From an uncultured virus (IMG/VR IMGVR_UViG_3300011612_000001) (Duplodnaviria; Heunggongvirae; Uroviricota; Caudoviricetes), in IMG/VR virus record IMGVR_UViG_3300011612_000001, positions 1-64,000 of that record: DNA of 64,000 nucleotides; one strand, written 5' to 3'. This document shows positions 9,007 to 17,589 of this stretch, piece after piece. Each line of letters starts with the position of its first letter. Position 1 is the stretch's first letter. The translations under genes and the position numbers were made by a program. Under the pieces are notes generated by a model that was given only the letters and a program-made list of their open reading frames with translations, was not told where the DNA came from and did no database searches.

Positions 9007-9799
9007 TTCCCAGTGAAAATCTCCTACCCATGCCTCCGGCGCTGGCGCATCTTTTCTCAAAATAAATGCAGATAAATCCCCGTTAAATACGCGCTAATTC
9101 GACCAGTCCGGGTCAGTCTGAGACAATTTCCGCTCGTGGTAGTGGTCAAGTCACGACCTCCGCGATAGTGTGGAAAACATAACGATCAGGTCTGAGCGCC
9201 GCTCCAATTGCGGCTTCGTCAATTCTGTCTGCCGATATCGTGGCTTGCCTGTTCATCGCGGTGCTAAACCAAGTCCGCTCACAACGAAAAAATAATTCTT
9301 CGCCAAAAAACCAGAAACGATGAGAATCGCCTCGCTTTTAAGCCCGATTTTCAGGCTCACGGGACGCGTTCTGGAGGGCGCTGTGATTGCGGTTATCGTG
9401 ATTCAGATCGTGACGGCAAACGCCGCTAAGGGTTTCTGGTGAAGCGTGGTAAGGGTTGCCGGATGGTGGAAGGGTTGAGGCCGGAAATGTTGTGGGATGA
9501 GTTAAAGACCAGGGCCGGGAACCGGGCCATATCGCCCGTCATGTTGGTGGGGAAAATTGGCCCATAGGGCAGAGGGAAAAGTGAAGCCGTGAAAGTGAAG
9601 ACTTATAGTCTCCACTCTCCAAGTGGTTGATAATACGTAGATGAGCCTGCTCACATCATCAGACAGCCTTTATATGCATCGTTTATGCAGGATCAGGCAA
9701 GGTTTATTCACTTCTCTGATCTGGTGCTCGGGACTCGGGCGGGACTCGATAACCTGACCAGTAAGATATTTGCGAAAGAAGGTTGACTTTTCTCGCGGG

Positions 9800-10005
9800 G
9801 TGTGCTCATACGTCAAGCACATCTGTTGATGTGCAAGGATATTTTCGTGAACGAGACACACAAGAGACGGCCTCTTTAGATTCCCTCCCGGCGGGGGCGG
9901 TGTGCTCACACGTCAAGCACGTCAGACATTGAGTCACCAGGATATTTCCCGGCCTGCCAGCCTCAGGCATGGCCCCTTGTTGGTGTTCCTCCCCGGCGGG
10001 GGAAG
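9800..10005. repeat. Degenerate tandem duplication of a unit of about 100 bp
   Basis: GTGTGCTCAYACGTCAAGCAC at 9800 and 9900; AGGATATTT at 9836 and 9939; CCCGGCGGGGG at 9887 and 9992. Confidence 0.75.
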
Positions 10006-10020
10006 GCATTTACTGCCAAT

Positions 10021-10358
10021 TAAGACCCGTTAAGGCCCGTTAATGCCAATAAAAAATAAATAAAAGTCAAAACCCCCAATAAAACCCATAACTATCAAAT
10101 AGTTACACTTATTTTCCGGTTCAAATTAAATCGAATTAAATCGGATTAAATCAATTTTAATCAGTTTTAATCGTGGAAATAGCCCTGCCTGTCTCGCATG
10201 GTAGCCCTGAGTAGATCCTTCGTGTAGATCCTTCACGTACATCTCCCGCGTGTGCATCTCTCGCGTGTACCTCCCGTGTGTGCATCTTTTTTGTGCATTT
10301 TTCGTGCATTTCTCCGTGTGCGATTCCCGTGTGCACTTTTTGATCATTTTGTGCGATC
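10021..10358. repeat. Arrays of short phased repeats
   Basis: TTAAG(A/G)CCCG-like x3, TTWAATC x5 at exact 10-bp period (10126-10172), and about 10 GTG(T)GCA-like units with pyrimidine tails (10210-10358). Confidence 0.8.
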
Positions 10359-10447
10359 ATTAAATTAAATCACTTTCCATGTTACTGTTTTTGATCAAAA
10401 ATACATCCATTGAAAGATTCAGAGCCGCACGGCGGCAAGGGGAGAAT

Positions 10448-11035
10448 ATGGGTAACGCAATGGTCGCGTTGAAAACCGCCGACGAAGTGAAAGCAGTCAG
10501 CGCGGAGTTAGCAAAGAACAAAAAGACGAACCTGTTTCGCTGCCTCTGGGCGATGCAATTTGAAAGCGCTCTTCGGTTCGGTGACGCCGTCAAATTGACG
10601 TGGGATCAGTTCGCGGAGGGTAAGACGCATCTTTCTATAAAGCAGGAGAAGACGGGGAAAATTCATAAGGTCGCCATTACCCCGGCTATGCGCTCCATAG
10701 TCCAAGCTCGCCGGGAAGAAGCAGCAGACCGCCCAAAATTCGGTGACTACATATTCAGCCTTTCTGATCTGAGATCGAAGGGTAAGCCAGTTTCACACAA
10801 CGCAGTGCTGACGGAGTACGGCAAGTGCGGACGCCGTGCAGGTTTCCAGGATGTGGGAAGTCATACACCACGCAAGAGCAAAGGCCGCATTCTCTTTGAG
10901 AACGGCGCACCGCTGGAGCACATCACAAAGTTGTTGGGCCAGGCCAACCCGGCTTCGACCCTGTTTTACATCGGGTTCACGCAGGAGACGGCTGACACAT
11001 TAGCGGGAGAATATTCTCTCGGGGAGGAATGGTAA
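10448..11035 (+). CDS. Small tyrosine recombinase (catalytic domain only)
   Basis: ALRFGD, QEKTGK, HTPRK, LGQ and TLFY motifs; GGGGAG SD before ATG 10448. Confidence 0.85.
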   Translation: MGNAMVALKTADEVKAVSAELAKNKKTNLFRCLWAMQFESALRFGDAVKLTWDQFAEGKTHLSIKQEKTGKIHKVAITPAMRSIVQARREEAADRPKFGDYIFSLSDLRSKGKPVSHNAVLTEYGKCGRRAGFQDVGSHTPRKSKGRILFENGAPLEHITKLLGQANPASTLFYIGFTQETADTLAGEYSLGEEW

Positions 11036-11277
11036 TGATGAAAAAATGCACAACAAAAGCACCATCAGCAACGGTTTTAACAGTAATGGCCCTACTGGCC
11101 TGCCAGCCATTAGCGGCACACGCAGGCCGGATCACGATGCAACTCACTGAACAAGAGGAGACAGCAAACGGCAAAACCTTATGCCGCTACGAGAATTCCA
11201 TTTACAGCTTCAACTTTGTAACGCGGAGCAAGCATTGTCCGTCCGTGAAGACCTTCGACACGGAGGACTCAGACTGA
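11029..11277 (+). CDS. Small secreted protein
   Basis: Signal peptide (..LALLACQPLAAHA-like), two Cys in mature part. Confidence 0.65.
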   Translation: MVMMKKCTTKAPSATVLTVMALLACQPLAAHAGRITMQLTEQEETANGKTLCRYENSIYSFNFVTRSKHCPSVKTFDTEDSD

Positions 11278-11301
11278 GAACAAACACTATGAGGTACGCA
11301 A

Positions 11302-11445
11302 TTGAACGAAGATCGGGAGCGGTTCAGAAGTCACCTGACAGCACCACAGCAGAAAACAGACTGGTCAGGTTTATGGTGGTGTATCGCCATCGTTGTTGGA
11401 ATCACGGCGGCGTCAGTCGTCGCCTTGTTTGGAGATAAATTTTGA
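11302..11445 (+). CDS. 47-aa single-TM peptide
   Basis: TTG start after GAGGT; MNEDRERFRSHLTAPQQKTDWSGLWWCIAIVVGITAASVVALFGDKF. Confidence 0.5.
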   Translation: MNEDRERFRSHLTAPQQKTDWSGLWWCIAIVVGITAASVVALFGDKF

Positions 11446-11717
11446 TGAGGAAGAAGAAGGAAGAAGCTCTCGCCAGCTTCGTCTGGTGTGGGGCCGTGGT
11501 TCAGGTCTACACGAAGACGGTGACGTTTGCCGGGACGGTTATACAGCGGCATCTGCTACCGAAGAACCTAAGGCAGGCAGTAGATAAGGCGGCGCAGGCT
11601 GAGTGCTTGGCGGTAGACAGCCCGCGCCATATTCAACAAAACCAACGGAGAGTCAGGAATGTCGAACAGCAGCATTATGGGGTTAGCGCTCGCGCTGTGC
11701 AACGTAAGCAACGGTAG
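11442..11717 (+). CDS. Hypothetical protein
   Basis: TGATG coupling to previous ORF, GGAG SD. Confidence 0.45.
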   Translation: MMRKKKEEALASFVWCGAVVQVYTKTVTFAGTVIQRHLLPKNLRQAVDKAAQAECLAVDSPRHIQQNQRRVRNVEQQHYGVSARAVQRKQR

Positions 11718-11821
11718 AACCGTCCGAATACCTGCTATGACAGGAAGCCAGCTACACCTGTTAATGATGTGGCTACAGGCTTTGAGAGGATGATACGAGG
11801 GGGCATGATGCCCCCTTTCTT

Positions 11822-12262
11822 TCAAATCCTATTAAGTGGCGGAGTCTCGCCAAATCTCGCAAGGTAGCTTTGAAAGAATGATTGTTCGAGCGTCGCGGGA
11901 TGATCGCTGATCCACATAAACATTTTCAGGTGTTCATACGGATAACGCTGCTGATATCGTTCATCACTCCAGTAGCGCTGCCCGGTCTGGTGCTTACTCT
12001 GCTGATACTGAGAACTGAAAGAGCGAGCCAGATCGCCTGTACGGTGGCAGAACAGTTTAGCCATACCAATGTACAAAATCCCGTCCCGGTCATCATCCAA
12101 CACTCGCGGTATAGTGAGCGCTTGCCCTGCATCGTTAAAACTGCGTAGAACGTACACACCGCCAGAATTCAGGTATGCAGGGTTTACAGTGGAGTAAAAC
12201 TCGCTATTTGGCAGAAGTAGATCGGAAAGATGCTGTTTGAAACTATAGCCGCTGAGATCCAT
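11822..12262 (-). CDS. GIY-YIG-like nuclease-fold protein
   Basis: GGVYVL..ILYIG..R..LE..PPLNR pattern. Confidence 0.6.
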   Translation of the reverse strand: MDLSGYSFKQHLSDLLLPNSEFYSTVNPAYLNSGGVYVLRSFNDAGQALTIPRVLDDDRDGILYIGMAKLFCHRTGDLARSFSSQYQQSKHQTGQRYWSDERYQQRYPYEHLKMFMWISDHPATLEQSFFQSYLARFGETPPLNRI

Positions 12263-12296
12263 TTATTTTATTTCCCTAATGCCATTTCACTGGTGA

Positions 12297-12689
12297 TTAG
12301 TTGGCTGCGCAAGTCCCGTAGTATTGAGAAGCTAAAATGCCATCAGGATAAACCATACTCCTGCTATGCACCGACTCGCCGTTAGCCATCACGGTTGTAA
12401 CCGTAACATTACCGACTGGTGTAGTTTCTATGAAAGAGTTTCCATTTACCCCATTAGGGACAGGTGTCACCTCCACAGAGCTAACATTGCCAGTCATGTA
12501 CACTTTGTTCGTCTTGGTGTCGATGATGAACGAGAAGACCATAGGATTTTTTGCATTATGAATACCCTCGTGATCACTGTATTTCGGGTAAACACATTTG
12601 AAAGATTGAGTCTCCGCCTGAACTCCGAAAGCAGCAGTCCCCAGAATAGACAAAGCCAAACACTGGCAAACCAGACGATTGATCGCCAT
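12297..12689 (-). CDS. Secreted/periplasmic protein
   Basis: Signal peptide ending VQA; Cys near both ends of a beta-rich mature domain. Confidence 0.7.
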   Translation of the reverse strand: MAINRLVCQCLALSILGTAAFGVQAETQSFKCVYPKYSDHEGIHNAKNPMVFSFIIDTKTNKVYMTGNVSSVEVTPVPNGVNGNSFIETTPVGNVTVTTVMANGESVHSRSMVYPDGILASQYYGTCAAN

Positions 12690-13559
12690 TCATATCCTCA
12701 CGAACATCATTAATTTAGTCCTACCAAAATACTCTGTGCGCCGATTTTAGACAATACAAGCCTAATGCCCGTTGGTGGTCGCCTTAAAACATTGCGTTAG
12801 CCGCTCGCGCTAATTTGATCTCTGCTTCTTCTTCCTGCTTTCTCACAAGCCAGGCTTTACCCTCTGGAGTTGCCAGAAATTTACGGGCGTGGATCTTACG
12901 GTTGTTGCGTTTGATTGCTGCTACATTCTTCGCCATGATTGCCTCCAGATCGGCCCGCCGTTGGGCCACAAAGGCAGGCTATAAAAAAGCTCACTGATAA
13001 GTAAACCTGCAAAATGTCACTGAAAACGAGTTCGACACCCAATAAGTGACCATTACGTGCCGTGTTGGGCACATAAGGAGAGGCGGAGCGAAGCGACTTC
13101 CGCAGTAGATATGATCCCCTCGCGGGAATGATGACGCCTTGTCATGGCTTCTTATCAGGTAGCCGTTGTGATCCGGTGGCTGAAACCGTGGCAGAGCCAG
13201 CCTCTTTCCCGAGCTGGTTAGTCTTCCCAACATTACGCCTGTTTATTCGCTGCACTGCCATCACGGCAGGTTGCATCATGGAGCGCCGCACGAAGCGCGA
13301 GCCACATTGACAAGGGTTCTGGGAAAGGATTAGAGACGCTGGCAACGTCATCGGCTTCAAGTTGTTGGCGGAACGATGTGACTGTTCACACTTTGTACGT
13401 GTTTGAGCCTGGAAACGACACGCCGCTATGAGTTAACATCCCAATTGCCACTATTAACCACAGCGGCAACTGTTACTGAAAGAATCACTGATAAAAAGAT
13501 CGTACATTGAGAGATAAAATCTCTGCAATCGATTGATTTATAAGGATTTTAATGTGTGA

Positions 13560-13603
13560 GTGCCGATAATAGGAGTCGAACCTACGACCTTCGCATTACG
13601 AAT
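13560..13603 (-). repeat. att site: 44-bp tRNA-Thr(CGT) 3' fragment at the satellite/prophage junction
   Basis: GTGCCGATAATAGGAGTCGAACCTACGACCTTCGCATTACGAAT; reaches the anticodon loop, lacks CCA; TGRCACA arm-like repeats at 13669-13727. Confidence 0.92.
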
Positions 13604-13739
13604 TAGTAGCACCACATTTAACTAACTGTTTTTAAAGGCCACAACCGCATTCACACTGCTATTGTTGATGGCACATGATGAAAGACAACGAATAATGATT
13701 TTACGTGCGTGACACAAAGATGGCACACGCACATATCGA

Positions 13740-14063
13740 TCACATCACCGGCGCTTCATCATCCCGCGTTCTGTTAACGAGCCACGTCACCACGCCTATC
13801 ACTTCCACATCATCAAGAGCTTCGCCTTCTATCGCTTCCCCATCTTCCGTGATTAACGCTTTACCCGCCGGCCTGGCAAAATAGTTGCGGCCAAGCCAAC
13901 TGACCAAAACGTACTCGCCCGCTTTTGGCCGCGAACCCTTTTCGACAACCGCATAGCCTGAAGACGTCTCAATAACGAGACTGTTCGCATTAATGCCGCA
14001 TATCGATTCCGGAGTTAACCGTGACTCAACATAGTCTGTTGCCGGGGACGGGAACCCGCTCAT
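13740..14063 (-). CDS. Short UmuD/HumD-like SOS protein
   Basis: MSGFPSPATDYVESRL start and IGVVT end; LexA box upstream. Confidence 0.75.
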   Translation of the reverse strand: MSGFPSPATDYVESRLTPESICGINANSLVIETSSGYAVVEKGSRPKAGEYVLVSWLGRNYFARPAGKALITEDGEAIEGEALDDVEVIGVVTWLVNRTRDDEAPVM

Positions 14064-14082
14064 AATGACCTCCTTACCTACA

Positions 14083-14098
14083 CTGTATACGTATACAG
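14083..14098. promoter_or_regulatory. LexA (SOS) box
   Basis: CTGTATACGTATACAG = CTGT-N8-ACAG, 20 bp upstream of the start codon. Confidence 0.85.
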
Positions 14099-14230
14099 TA
14101 GTTTTAAGCGGAAAGGAGATCAATACGAAGCGGCCTATCAATGCACCTCAATGATGATGCATTTGTGATTGTTAGGTGCGGGCATCTCACCCATGCGGTA
14201 CACTTTGAGCCATCAAAATTTGGTGCATTA

Positions 14231-15289
14231 ATGAACATGAAAAATCAAAGAATTTTATTCCTGGATTATTTGCGCGTCGTTTCTTTTGTCGTGGTAGTGA
14301 TTGGTCATAAATATGGTGCGTTAGTCAGGGATCATCGTTTTGATGATTCACTGCACGTAACAATCAGGATGGCGTGTCAAGTCATTTACTCTATCTGTGC
14401 GGGTGGCGCTCTTGGTGTAGTGCTATTCTTTATGATATCGGGATATATAATCACTCATGTACTAAAAAAAGAAAATGCTCTTGAGTTTTATATAAAGCGA
14501 TTCTTCAGAATTTATCCATTATATGTAGTCGCAATTATAAGCGAAAGCATTTATCTTTATTTTGGCAAGGGTATTCAACCTGATATACATGATTTAATAC
14601 CGAGAATACTGCTCCTTGGTGATTTCTATGGATTACAACCAGCACTTGGCGGGGTAGAGTGGACATTAAGACTTGAAGTGATGTTTTATGTTTATATGGG
14701 GGTTGTTAAGCTTTTACGGCTCAATGTTAATGGTAATGTTTTAGCTTCTGTATTGATGATGTCTTCTATAGCAGTATGGAAAACTAACCCATTCCCTACC
14801 TTCCAGACCTTTAGTTATGCATATGTCTCTATTTATGTGCATTTCTTGTTTATAGGTGTACTGATTTACCTGATTGACAATAAAGAGGTATATATACCAT
14901 TAGCCATTTTCTATATTGGAGCCATGTTTTATATACATCTTGATTTAGTGCAGTTGTATAATCCATTTTGGAAAGAGTTTAGCTATGGCATTTATGGCTT
15001 AACAGTCTTTTCACTGTCCTGCTACTTCAAGCGTTTTTTTATCTTCGATAACAGAGTTATAATCCTTTCTGAAATTACATATCCAGTTTATCTTTTTCAT
15101 AACTGGTTATGGAACATTTTAAAAGATGCATTAAAAATAATTAAATTGCCATTAATTCCGGTAGACATTCAAGTAATATTCATTCTTTTCATTATCTGTT
15201 ACTTGCTAAATAAGTACATTGAAAATAGCGCAATAAAATACGGAAAGCGATTCGTTAACAGTTTGACAATAAAAAACACCGCCCAATAA
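14231..15289 (+). CDS. Acyltransferase family 3 (O-antigen acetylase-like) moron
   Basis: LDYLR, FFMISGYI, FYIKRFFRIYP, WTLRLE and YPVYLFH motifs; multi-TM; AT-rich; opposite strand to tail genes. Confidence 0.85.
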   Translation: MNMKNQRILFLDYLRVVSFVVVVIGHKYGALVRDHRFDDSLHVTIRMACQVIYSICAGGALGVVLFFMISGYIITHVLKKENALEFYIKRFFRIYPLYVVAIISESIYLYFGKGIQPDIHDLIPRILLLGDFYGLQPALGGVEWTLRLEVMFYVYMGVVKLLRLNVNGNVLASVLMMSSIAVWKTNPFPTFQTFSYAYVSIYVHFLFIGVLIYLIDNKEVYIPLAIFYIGAMFYIHLDLVQLYNPFWKEFSYGIYGLTVFSLSCYFKRFFIFDNRVIILSEITYPVYLFHNWLWNILKDALKIIKLPLIPVDIQVIFILFIICYLLNKYIENSAIKYGKRFVNSLTIKNTAQ

Positions 15290-15302
15290 GGGCGGTATTT
15301 GT

Positions 15303-15500
15303 TTATTCTTGTTCTGGATCTGGTTCTGGCCACGATGTTGGCTTTGGAATCGAATCCCTAAAATCTTCAGGCAGTGATTCGTAAAACTGAAGGTATCGTG
15401 GATCGTAAGTTTCAATTTCAATTGAATTAACCTGTGGCGATGCAAACCAGCCGACTACCCGTTGGCCGTCATCGGATAAAACCACGTGAATTTTCGACAT
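15303..15500 (-). CDS. Small tail fibre-associated protein
   Basis: Follows fibre gene; DPRY motif. Confidence 0.55.
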   Translation of the reverse strand: MSKIHVVLSDDGQRVVGWFASPQVNSIEIETYDPRYLQFYESLPEDFRDSIPKPTSWPEPDPEQE

Positions 15501-15509
15501 GTTGCGTCC

Positions 15510-17006
15510 TTAGAATATATATCCAGAAAAATAGACGTTTAGGGCAGGCGATCCGCCAGCTGTGAAGAAGTAATACGCAGTCTGGCTTGTAATGATAGAG
15601 ACGTTACGAAACGGTGAACAGGTTGCCACTGCTGTTCCGCCAGCGCCTGTCGAAGTAACACGAGCTGCATCGATACCTCCTGAATCTGCGGAAATAGTGC
15701 CAACTACTGACGCAGTGCCGGAAATGTTTATTGCGCCCGACCATGCTTTTGCGTTAAGTGGGATAATCGAAGCGATAGAAAACGGCTGGTATCCGCTAGT
15801 CGTTGTGGTAGTTGTCATCGTGGAAACAAGCTGCACACCAAGCTTCCTTCCCTGCTGAAACCCGATGATGAATTTAGAAGTCGCTACCGGCCAGACACTC
15901 ACCAGTGCTGATGCTGTGTAGCCTGACGGCATATTCGCACCGCCGTAAATCTCAGGAACGGCTGCAGACGTCGCGTTGACTGCCAGTAACGCTTTATTGC
16001 CATTTGTCGGATTGTAAATTGCATACAGCGCAATAAATCCGGTGGTTGGCACAGTTCCTGTGTCCATCCCGCCAGCGCCGCTGATCGCCAGGTTAATGTT
16101 GGCGCTGAACGCCTTCACGCGATATTGACGGCCAGAACTGTCCTCAACGATAACGGAATCTGCGGTAAATGTTGCTGTAGCTGACGCAGCAGTCACGTTC
16201 ATTCTGGCGTTACGGGTGTCGCCGACAATACCGCTGAGATTTTCACGAATCAGAAGATTTTGAATCGCGCCTTCTGGTGTCGTTGCGCCGGTTCCGCCGT
16301 TACCGGTACCAATAACATTGGCATTGTTAAACTCTTTCCTAACTGTGAAAACACGCGATCCTTTGGCACCTGTAATTGTGACGATATAGACGTTAAAGTT
16401 ACTGTTTGTGGTGGTGTCAGGGATTAACCTGACTGCCATTCGCCCTGCTGCTGTTGAGCCTTCAACCCGGATAAAAAGTCCAGTTCCTGCTGTATAGCTT
16501 ATTTCTGGTGGCATGTTTATTACGTTAGTTGAGCTAACAAGATAAACAGCCGATGATATTAAGTCAGCCTGCTGCCAGTCGAATGATGTCAAAGATGTTA
16601 TTGCAGTAACACCAATCCCCAGCGCATCAAACCCAAGATTGGTACGCCCCGTAGCGGGGTTTTCAAGATCAGAAAGATTGTTCTGTTTTTGCAGTAGCAG
16701 CGCAAATGACCCGGCGGTCATCATGTTAGCAACCAGATCGTTAGCAGACCACGCTCTGGCAACCGTCCCCTCCTGAGCCCGCTGAATTGTCATCACATCA
16801 CCAGCCCGATCCGTGACATGAACTATCTCGGAGAGGGAGCCCGTCGCGGAATCAACGAGAGTAAGTTTGAAGTAACTGGTGCCGGATACCGGGGCAGGAA
16901 ACAATGCACCTGTCCCGGTATTAACGGTGATCGATGTAGCTGATGAGCTGATTCCCGCCGCCAGAACAGTCTGGGCGTTGTTAGCGGCTAAAAGAGTGAG
17001 TGCCAT
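15510..17006 (-). CDS. Tail fibre protein
   Basis: T/S/G/A-rich, RAQEGT, NNLSDL and GGTGATT fibre motifs; last tail gene. Confidence 0.75.
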   Translation of the reverse strand: MALTLLAANNAQTVLAAGISSSATSITVNTGTGALFPAPVSGTSYFKLTLVDSATGSLSEIVHVTDRAGDVMTIQRAQEGTVARAWSANDLVANMMTAGSFALLLQKQNNLSDLENPATGRTNLGFDALGIGVTAITSLTSFDWQQADLISSAVYLVSSTNVINMPPEISYTAGTGLFIRVEGSTAAGRMAVRLIPDTTTNSNFNVYIVTITGAKGSRVFTVRKEFNNANVIGTGNGGTGATTPEGAIQNLLIRENLSGIVGDTRNARMNVTAASATATFTADSVIVEDSSGRQYRVKAFSANINLAISGAGGMDTGTVPTTGFIALYAIYNPTNGNKALLAVNATSAAVPEIYGGANMPSGYTASALVSVWPVATSKFIIGFQQGRKLGVQLVSTMTTTTTTSGYQPFSIASIIPLNAKAWSGAINISGTASVVGTISADSGGIDAARVTSTGAGGTAVATCSPFRNVSIITSQTAYYFFTAGGSPALNVYFSGYIF

Positions 17007-17170
17007 TTATCCTCCAGGATTACGGGCAACAAAAACCCCGCCGAGACGAGGTTTATGATGGTCATGCTCTACGCCGTAATAATTCCGTGGTAGAGTGTTA
17101 AAACTAAGGAATTTGAGTGAAAATAAAAAATCAATCTGTACTACATGTGACGTCAAATTAAGGGTGCAAT

Positions 17171-17587
17171 ATGAAGATTAAATTACTCAAAACGATGATT
17201 TTTGTGCTTGTTGCTTCAATATCCGGCAAGGCAATCTCCTCCACAGAGAAAACCATAGTAAGAGATTGCACAAAAGTAGCAGGCGAAGAACAAAATAATT
17301 ACGAAAGAAGTTACATTGACGCAATTAGCGAGACAAGAAAAGTTAAACCTCAGTCTTTTGAAATTATTAGCCCAACAACAAAAATGAACCAGGTAAAAAT
17401 GTTTTCAAACGCGTGCGTATTAGCCTTCAGGGCATCCAATGACGGAATTGAAAAAAGCACTTACAGTGACTATTTACTTGAGCAGATATATACAAAAACA
17501 GGAATATCAGAGGTTGACTACTCCTGGTTTAAGCCTGTGTTTATTAAAATGGTTGACGCCGGATATAAACTATCAGATGAAAAATAG
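17171..17587 (+). CDS. Secreted moron protein
   Basis: Signal peptide, AT-rich, antisense to the tail operon. Confidence 0.65.
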   Translation: MKIKLLKTMIFVLVASISGKAISSTEKTIVRDCTKVAGEEQNNYERSYIDAISETRKVKPQSFEIISPTTKMNQVKMFSNACVLAFRASNDGIEKSTYSDYLLEQIYTKTGISEVDYSWFKPVFIKMVDAGYKLSDEK

Positions 17588-17589
17588 AC

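Larger units (their letters stand above)
1161..13592. mobile_element. att-flanked integrative element, probable capsid-encoding phage satellite
   Basis: 33-bp direct repeats at both ends, integrase at one end, capsid and decoration genes, Rep candidate with iterons, no tail, portal or terminase recognised. Confidence 0.8.

Noticed and set aside
9670..10360. ORFs 9670-9909, 9806-10009, 10126-10347 and 10157-10360
   Set aside because: Translations only mirror the DNA repeats; no RBS or protein signatures
12784..13500. Small ORFs 12784-12969 and 13142-13360
   Set aside because: May be fragments of decayed genes, but no product can be supported
13560..13603. Functional tRNA-Thr gene
   Set aside because: Only the 3' part is present, with no D-arm or 5' acceptor strand; it is an att copy
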